Origin: Bacteriovoracaceae bacterium
Lineage (GTDB): Bacteria; Bdellovibrionota; Bacteriovoracia; Bacteriovoracales; Bacteriovoracaceae
Direction of reading: 5' to 3'
NCBI GenBank assembly: GCA_965217035.1
Contig: OZ244226.1
Coordinates: forward strand, 2,834,146-2,898,145
Length of the DNA: 64,000 nucleotides
Below the pieces are notes generated by a model. It made no database searches. It saw only the letters and a list, made by a program, of their open reading frames with translations, and was not told the origin of the DNA. Positions 57,772-64,000 of this stretch are shown one piece after another. The number at the start of each line of letters is the position of its first letter. The first letter of the stretch is position 1. The position numbers were made by a program, and so were the translations under genes.

Positions 57772-58998
57772 ATGCGACTACTGGTGATTTTAAGCCTTTT
57801 TCTTATTTCTTTTTCTACTTGGTCTAATGAAGATAAGCTTCCTCATATTTGTAATGGTAAAACGGCGAGTCTTTTCAAAAGTAATAAAGTTCTCAATATT
57901 GATATTATTGCAGACTTTGAAGCCATTAATAAGAATCATAGAGATTCGGCAAACTCACCGGCGACTATTATTTATCGAGATTCTAAGAAACAACCTCATT
58001 ATGTTCTCGGTCACCTCGAGGCCCGTGGAAATTCACGCTTTTCCTATTGTCCTTGGAGGCCTTTAAAACTAAGATTCGAACAAAAAGACAATCAGAAAAA
58101 AATTATTGCAGGAACGGGAGCGAGAAATACTCAATCAGCCTTTGCTTTGGCACTTCATAAAAAATATCTTAGTTTCCGTCAGGAAAACCCAGAGAGAGTT
58201 TCAAGTGGATTAAAATCAGGACTATTCGCTAATCTTGGTAAGAAAATGAAGATTGTCACTCACTGTGGAATTAGCAAAGGATTCATTAACAATCCTACTC
58301 AAGAAATGGTGAATCGAAATATCCTTTTTGAATATTCCATTTATCAAGTCCTTGATTCTTTAAGCACAACAACTCTTAAAACAAGATTGGCCAAGATCAA
58401 TTACCGTGATCCAAAAGGAAAGAAACTTGAAACTCAATATGCTTTTTTTAGAGAAACTCCTAAAGCTTTAGCTAAAAGATGTCAGCTTAAGAAAATTGAA
58501 AATGGGGACAATCTGACTTCTTCAGAAAACTCAGAGTTTCAAGTTGAATTTCTCAACACATTTGTTTCAAACTATGATTACGGAACAAGTGGACATAATG
58601 TTTTTCATTTAAAAAGTGTTGCCGGAGTTAAGCATTATGTACCTTATGATTTTGATTTGACTTGGGTTATTAATCCGACCTACGGAAAAAATGCAGGTGA
58701 GAAACTCGAAGCTGAAGTTAAGTATATGAAGAATTATTATGAAGGATTAGGAGATGAAGATCGTTCACGTGCTGTTGCTCAAAGTCTTTATATCCAAATG
58801 AGACTCAAAACAATTCAACAAAAAATGAAACTCATGGGTCTTAAGCCTGCTAATTATAATCACTTTGTGAAATGGTTTAGAGCTAAGAATCAGGTCGTTA
58901 AAAATTTTTTGAAGAAATATAAATCAGAAAACTCAACAGAATATAAGAACATAGAATTGTCACTAAAAAAGCTAGTGGCAGCTAAGAGAGGACGGTAA
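57772..58998 (+). CDS. Exported CotH-like atypical kinase
   Basis: Signal MRLLVILSLFLISFSTWS after GGAG; RGNSR..C...LKL.F, KIVTHC, EY.IY, N.DY, HN, PYDFD. Confidence 0.7.
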   Translation: MRLLVILSLFLISFSTWSNEDKLPHICNGKTASLFKSNKVLNIDIIADFEAINKNHRDSANSPATIIYRDSKKQPHYVLGHLEARGNSRFSYCPWRPLKLRFEQKDNQKKIIAGTGARNTQSAFALALHKKYLSFRQENPERVSSGLKSGLFANLGKKMKIVTHCGISKGFINNPTQEMVNRNILFEYSIYQVLDSLSTTTLKTRLAKINYRDPKGKKLETQYAFFRETPKALAKRCQLKKIENGDNLTSSENSEFQVEFLNTFVSNYDYGTSGHNVFHLKSVAGVKHYVPYDFDLTWVINPTYGKNAGEKLEAEVKYMKNYYEGLGDEDRSRAVAQSLYIQMRLKTIQQKMKLMGLKPANYNHFVKWFRAKNQVVKNFLKKYKSENSTEYKNIELSLKKLVAAKRGR

Positions 58999-59000
58999 AA

Positions 59001-60023
59001 ATGAAAAGGTTACTATTTTTATTCATACTTCTTCAAGGGAGTCTTAAAGCTCAGGATGTTTGGCCAGAAAGTCCGCTTGTACGGATTGCTCCTAAAGCTA
59101 AAATTGCTCAAAACTATGTTTTAGAAGCTAAAGGGATGTCTGCTGGACAAAAAATGAATTATTTTGATGATGAACATCTTAGAGATCAATTAAGAGACTT
59201 ACAAAATCTCTTTATGCTTTATTCTTATACTTATGATGATCCGAAAGGAACTCCGAATCGGAAAAGACCTTTTAAAAAGCTCTATAAAGAAACGAAAAAA
59301 TTTGAAGATCATATTTCTCATCTTCGAGATAGAGAAATGAATAAACATGAATTTCCAGAAGCTTATGAAGCAGAAGTCAAAGCCTATACTGAGTTCCTAA
59401 AAACTTCGAGCTGGTTTAAAATTGCTCAAGGCAATTCAGCTTTTGTCACGCGAATAAAAAAAATTGTTAAGAAGAAAAAGCTTGGACCTGTTACAAAGGA
59501 TAGAAATGTTCTTCTTCACGGTTTTAAAAGTAAACTTATGAAACTGGCTAAAAAAGAGCTTGATTTCAACCATAGCGCTGAAAAACTTGCGACAATGAAA
59601 AAAGCCGATAAGTACCAAATCGTTGAAGATAATATCCATGAAGCAAGAAGAGTCGGGAGAAGATTGAGTTATCTCAATTATGGGACTTTATTTGAGGGAG
59701 GAGATTATCTTATTGAGAAAAGCCGCGAAATCCCATGTCCTATTGGAAAAGCACTTCCCCCTGCGAGATATAATCCAAGAGCCTATCATCGCAATCTTGG
59801 GTATACTTGTCCCGTTTCAATCTGTCTGACTGACGCTCTTGATTCAATCACGATGCAGTTTAGTGGTTATCGAAGTTATGCTGCTCGTGCGATTTCATCA
59901 AAAGATGATGAAAGACTTGCTGAAGTTTTTCAAGAAGCAAAAAAGAGTTATCAGAAGTTAGAAAATAATCATATCTTTAGACATATCGTTTTTCAGATAT
60001 CAATGTGTATGAAACAAAAATAA
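59001..60023 (+). CDS. Exported CHAD-like protein 1
   Basis: Signal ending LKA; LR..L..LQ.L..LY, K.FED.I..LRD, IHEARR..RRL.Y. Confidence 0.6.
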   Translation: MKRLLFLFILLQGSLKAQDVWPESPLVRIAPKAKIAQNYVLEAKGMSAGQKMNYFDDEHLRDQLRDLQNLFMLYSYTYDDPKGTPNRKRPFKKLYKETKKFEDHISHLRDREMNKHEFPEAYEAEVKAYTEFLKTSSWFKIAQGNSAFVTRIKKIVKKKKLGPVTKDRNVLLHGFKSKLMKLAKKELDFNHSAEKLATMKKADKYQIVEDNIHEARRVGRRLSYLNYGTLFEGGDYLIEKSREIPCPIGKALPPARYNPRAYHRNLGYTCPVSICLTDALDSITMQFSGYRSYAARAISSKDDERLAEVFQEAKKSYQKLENNHIFRHIVFQISMCMKQK

Positions 60024-60036
60024 ACAAGGAGTTAAG

Positions 60037-60945
60037 ATGAAATTTTTATTAATGTGTCTTCTTCTCTCAATTTCTAGCGCGAGTTATTCTCAAGCAAAAG
60101 GTCCAAAGGACATTTTTGTGAAGCTCGTTAAAGAAGCTGGGAAAATTATTGCTGACTCAGAGGGACAAGAAGATAGAGTCCATTATCTATCGACAGAAGC
60201 AGGATTGAGAAATAGGTTTTTTGATTTACAGGCCTTAGCTCAGTCTTTTACAGAGCGCTATCCCGTGATGGATGAAATCTATCGAAAATCAAAAAGTATT
60301 GAAGATCAGATTGGTGCTTACAGACAAAAACTTGAAGCTCTAGAGGGAGCGATCAGCGATGGCGCTAACCAGAACCTTATCGATCGTTTAAAGCGTAATC
60401 TTGAAAGAGCTCATGAAAGACTTACAAGTTACTTAAATGCCCGTAAATGGCTTGTGAAAGAACAGCCTAATTTGAAAAACTTCCTTAAAATTCTTAATAA
60501 TATTGAATGGGGAACAGGAAAAGAAGAAAAGAAATACATCATGAGAAAGCTTGCTAAGCGACTCGAGTATATCGAAAAAACTCGTTATAATATGATGGAA
60601 CTTGAAGGGATGGGAATACACACTCTCAGAAAAGATGCTCGTTGGTATGTTAAAGAAACGAGAATCTTTGGTGGTTTTAATATTATTAAGCTTGTGAAGA
60701 GTGGTGGAAAGATTTCTAATGGTGCCTGTCTTATTTCCAGCAAACTTCATTCTGAAATGACGGATCTAGTAAGCCATTTTGGAGATATTAAGGATCTAGG
60801 AGAAAAGCTTCACGCTCAGGGCAAGGAACTTCCTATCAAATATCATTATGAAGCTGATAAGAGGTATAAGCGTCTTAGCAATGCTGGAGATCAAATCTTC
60901 AAGCAGCTTAAGAATGAATACATCTCTTGTTATAAAGACTTATAA
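60037..60945 (+). CDS. Exported CHAD-like protein 2
   Basis: Signal, RBS AAGGAG; LR..FF.LQAL, K.IEDQIG.YR, IHTLRK.ARWY, FGDIKD.G. Confidence 0.65.
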   Translation: MKFLLMCLLLSISSASYSQAKGPKDIFVKLVKEAGKIIADSEGQEDRVHYLSTEAGLRNRFFDLQALAQSFTERYPVMDEIYRKSKSIEDQIGAYRQKLEALEGAISDGANQNLIDRLKRNLERAHERLTSYLNARKWLVKEQPNLKNFLKILNNIEWGTGKEEKKYIMRKLAKRLEYIEKTRYNMMELEGMGIHTLRKDARWYVKETRIFGGFNIIKLVKSGGKISNGACLISSKLHSEMTDLVSHFGDIKDLGEKLHAQGKELPIKYHYEADKRYKRLSNAGDQIFKQLKNEYISCYKDL

Positions 60946-60952
60946 TAAAATC

Positions 60953-61987
60953 TTAATTGGGGTTGCAGAATCTGTAGCCCCATTCTGCACTTTCCCTGTA
61001 TCTTTTAGTATCTTTCTTAAAGTTTCGAACTGAGTCCTTTCTACTAATACCTTTACGTCTGTGAGAGATGTAATCGAGACTTTCATAAAGTGTTCCCATA
61101 ATTGTAGGGATTAATTTCGCCATTCTCTTCCCGTATTTTGGACCATAATGACAGGCCAGAAAAGCTGACATGAAGTCATGACGGTTTTTCCCTTTCAAAG
61201 ACATTTCTCCCACTGAAAGATCTTTTTTCACTTTTTGAAAGCGATATTTAAGGATTTTAGATTGAATGAAGCGATCAAAAATTTGTTCTCCTGTTTCTGA
61301 GTTTAGGATTCCTTCTTTGAGATCGTAATAACCAAAATCATCAATGAAACCAAGTTCGAGGGACCCAGAACTATAGAGAAAGTTTAAGAGAGCGAGGAGT
61401 TCTTTAGGTTGGCCTTCGAATTCTTGTGCTAAATCGATTGTATTAGCGGAATTGTTTTTAAGTCCTTCTACAAAAATTTTAGCAGTCTCTAGGTCAAAGT
61501 TCCTATTTGTCAGATCTCCTCCAGCGGCACATGGAAAGTTTTCAGCTCTACCATTAATAGGGTTTGGTAAAACTTTTTGAGCACAAAAGATATCTAAATC
61601 ATTGAGAACTTGATTGACTATTTTTAAACATTTTAAAAATTGAAATGGAGCGAGTAAACAAACAGAAGAGCCCAAAGACTGAGCTATCTTAAACTTCCTT
61701 TCTCTTTTTCTTTCAAATTTTTTTAAAATTTTTAGCTTATTCGGAGATCTCGAAATTTCATTTAAAAGATTTTCTACCCTTGCTTGCCCAGTTTGTGACT
61801 TATCAAGTTGAAATTCTTCTTCTATTTTTTGAAGGGCCTCAGAAATAACTTTTCCTTGGTAATCAATAATTTCTTGAAATGAAACTTGAGAAAAAGAGAG
61901 TGGGGTAATAAATAAAAAGAGGCTTCCAAGAAGGAAGCCTCTGGTATTTGAGATTTTTAAAATCTTAGTAATCACCTTCGCTATCAT
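60953..61987 (-). CDS. Hypothetical protein, probably exported (start uncertain)
   Basis: Long ORF; hydrophobic FLLGSLFLFITPLSFS segment; RH.FMSAFLAC, YESLD. Confidence 0.65.
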   Translation of the reverse strand: MIAKVITKILKISNTRGFLLGSLFLFITPLSFSQVSFQEIIDYQGKVISEALQKIEEEFQLDKSQTGQARVENLLNEISRSPNKLKILKKFERKRERKFKIAQSLGSSVCLLAPFQFLKCLKIVNQVLNDLDIFCAQKVLPNPINGRAENFPCAAGGDLTNRNFDLETAKIFVEGLKNNSANTIDLAQEFEGQPKELLALLNFLYSSGSLELGFIDDFGYYDLKEGILNSETGEQIFDRFIQSKILKYRFQKVKKDLSVGEMSLKGKNRHDFMSAFLACHYGPKYGKRMAKLIPTIMGTLYESLDYISHRRKGISRKDSVRNFKKDTKRYRESAEWGYRFCNPN

Positions 61988-62696
61988 AGTCTGGATACGT
62001 TGGAGTTGTATGACAAGCAGATGGATTATTCCAAGTCCACTCTTGAGTTTGACCATAGCTGTGTGTAAGTGTGAAACCTAAACCACCACATGTCTTCGTA
62101 TCATTTTTGATTCTTGCAGGTGGTTCAAAACTTGCTGCACCATTGATGATTTTGTAAGATTTACTGTTTCCATGGAAGTAAAGGCGCTTACATTCATAAG
62201 CGTTAGAAAAAACAAGTCTTACGATTTCTCTTCCGTTAACATACTGAGAAGTTAACTTAACTCTTGCATTACCACCACAAAATGAAACGCGCTTGCTATC
62301 AACTGTAACCGGAGATGTTTTAATCGGCTTTGGATGAGTTGGTTTTGGGTAAGTTGGTTTCGGATTCGAAATCTTGTAATTTCTGTAAAGCTTTGAACGA
62401 CCTTCAACGTGCTTTCCATTTCCTCTATAGTTTAAGATCTTAACAACAACTTGCTTGTCATTAGGAACGCTGTAAACAGTTTTAGAAAGACTACCTGATC
62501 GTGTTTTCGCATCAAACTTAAATTTTCCTTTAGTGTTTGCACTTGCAACATAAAAATTAACAGTGTGAGTTCCACCCTTTACACCATCGATAATAACTTT
62601 AATTTGATTTCCTCTAAGCGCCTTGAACTTGATATTCTGAGCGAAAGCAGGAATTGTAAGACTTGCAATAAAAATCGCATAAAATAGATTTCTCAT
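61965..62696 (-). CDS. Exported hypothetical protein with Pro-rich linker
   Basis: Signal ending AFA, RBS GGGGAG, PKPTYPKPTHPKP linker. Confidence 0.75.
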   Translation of the reverse strand: MRNLFYAIFIASLTIPAFAQNIKFKALRGNQIKVIIDGVKGGTHTVNFYVASANTKGKFKFDAKTRSGSLSKTVYSVPNDKQVVVKILNYRGNGKHVEGRSKLYRNYKISNPKPTYPKPTHPKPIKTSPVTVDSKRVSFCGGNARVKLTSQYVNGREIVRLVFSNAYECKRLYFHGNSKSYKIINGAASFEPPARIKNDTKTCGGLGFTLTHSYGQTQEWTWNNPSACHTTPTYPDYDSEGDY

Positions 62697-62890
62697 AATT
62701 CTCCCCTGGGTTTGAGTGTTAGTTTTTATTTTGATGCAACATACCACCTTGTTATTTTAGCTTCAATAAGACCTATAAACCTTACAGGTTTTCAAGAAGG
62801 TAGATAATTATCTAATTGAAATTAGAGAGGTTTTTGAAGTGAAAATGGCCTCCATAGAGAAGGCCTAATTCTTATTTAATCTTGAGAGTC

Positions 62891-63289
62891 TCAAAAATTG
62901 AGTATTCCGGCCCTGATAATAGTTTTTACATATTTATCATCAACAATTTCGAGTCTATCTCGTCCAAGGGGAATATCGCATTGTTCAATATCAACCAGAA
63001 CATAACCCATGACCGTACTTCTTTTTCTCTCTTTCTCTTTTTTTATTTTTAAAGTGTAGAGAGAGATAGCATGCTTTAGTCCTCCTGCTTCAAAATCATC
63101 CTTGATAACACTCAAGGAAACTTCAAGAGTTTTTTTATAAATTTTTTTTGTCGCTGTTTCTAAAATTGGATAAAGCTTTTCTTCTATGTGTTTTTTAACA
63201 ACAAGGTTTATTTTCTCTTCTGTGCAAATCTCATTAGAGATCGAATTAAGGCTAAAAAGTAGTGTTATAAGAGTTATTAAAATTTTCAT
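62891..63289 (-). CDS. Small exported protein, paralog A
   Basis: Signal; CT.EK, KKIYK..L, LY..K.K, GY...D.E.C..P.G shared with the neighbour. Confidence 0.75.
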   Translation of the reverse strand: MKILITLITLLFSLNSISNEICTEEKINLVVKKHIEEKLYPILETATKKIYKKTLEVSLSVIKDDFEAGGLKHAISLYTLKIKKEKERKRSTVMGYVLVDIEQCDIPLGRDRLEIVDDKYVKTIIRAGILNF

Positions 63290-63290
63290 T

Positions 63291-63728
63291 TTATTCCTTT
63301 TCTTTGAGATCTTTTGCTTTATAGACTTCTTTGGTTGAAACCCCTGGTCTAATAGCGAGTTTCATTAACTCGTCAGTAATCATCTCATAATCTCCGTCTC
63401 CGTAGGGGAGATTACAAGTTTCTAAATCGATGATTGTATATCCTAAATAATCTCTTTTCTTTTTTTCTTCCTTTTCTTTTAACTTGAAAGAATAGAGCCC
63501 AACAGCATAGCGCACTCTTTCGTCTTCTATATCTCCGGAAATTACTGCCAAACTTATCTTTAATGAGTTTTTGTAGATTTTTTTAATCGTACCCATCTTC
63601 ATCATAGCTGGGAAGAGCATTTGCTCAATATTTTCTTTGATGAATTTGTTGGCCTTCTCTTGTGTACAATTATTTGAAAAAGTATTTATGCTTGTAATTA
63701 AAGTGAGTGTTAAAATTAAACTTTTCAT
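63291..63728 (-). CDS. Small exported protein, paralog B
   Basis: Start at ATG 63728 (GGAGG RBS, TAATG overlap); same motifs as paralog A. Confidence 0.75.
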   Translation of the reverse strand: MKSLILTLTLITSINTFSNNCTQEKANKFIKENIEQMLFPAMMKMGTIKKIYKNSLKISLAVISGDIEDERVRYAVGLYSFKLKEKEEKKKRDYLGYTIIDLETCNLPYGDGDYEMITDELMKLAIRPGVSTKEVYKAKDLKEKE

Positions 63729-64000
63729 TATTCCTCCGTTTCTTCTTTTTCTAGGTCGCAAATGAGAGAGAGCTCGGTCGCTGTTTTCTTTCCATTGAAG
63801 TCCACCATCGTAGTATCTGTGATTGATCCTTCCTTATAATTTGCTCTTGAGTTGAAGAGAACTTTAGATTTCAAATCTTTGCCGATCTTCCAAACACCAA
63901 GCATATCCATCCACTCAATGAAATTACCGCTTCCGTCAAAAATTTCATCTGTACTGACTACAAAAGTAATAAATCCATCTAGAGAGCCAAATCTTTGTTG
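63728..64000 (-). CDS. 3' part of a gene running in from beyond the window end
   Basis: Frame is open from 64000 (QQRFGSLDGFITF...) to TAA 63728-63730. Confidence 0.6.
   Translation of the reverse strand, partial: QQRFGSLDGFITFVVSTDEIFDGSGNFIEWMDMLGVWKIGKDLKSKVLFNSRANYKEGSITDTTMVDFNGKKTATELSLICDLEKEETEE

Noticed and set aside
617..61033. Many 60-117-aa ORFs nested in or antisense to long genes
   Set aside because: Shadow ORFs without RBS or recognisable motifs, fully overlapping well-supported genes.

Overview
AT-rich bacterial chromosome segment. Gene content and the many small Sec-signal hypothetical proteins suggest a predatory Bdellovibrionota (Bacteriovoracales-like) organism; this is inferred, not shown. 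1-22.7 kb is mostly housekeeping: glpX, SRPBCC, yggS, cobB, rarA, a 2OG-Fe(II) oxygenase, queA-tgt-yajC-tatA-secD-secF, ihfB-like and tRNA-Cys(GCA). An accessory region follows tRNA-Cys (~22.8-41 kb). It holds an intact ISL3, a decayed ISL3, IS3 scars, a truncated ASCH gene and many exported proteins (DnaG-like primase core, clan-CD peptidase-like, patatin-like, PDZ-hydrolase, EEP). The right third carries an amine dehydrogenase / GCS2 ligase / M14 deacylase locus, DUF1460, two HAD proteins, a cobalamin-riboswitch-controlled class Ia RNR (nrdB-nrdA), and an exported CotH-like kinase followed by two exported CHAD-like proteins. Most notable: (1) a signal-peptide-bearing DnaG/TOPRIM primase core; (2) the exported CotH-CHAD-CHAD operon; (3) a duplicated tRNA-Cys 5' half whose D-loop holds a covarying CsrB-like (CAGGA-loop) element that also occurs just upstream; (4) the same 19-nt sequence inserted twice, in opposite orientations, into one transposase gene. 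All family assignments come from motif recognition by eye and need HMM or structure confirmation.
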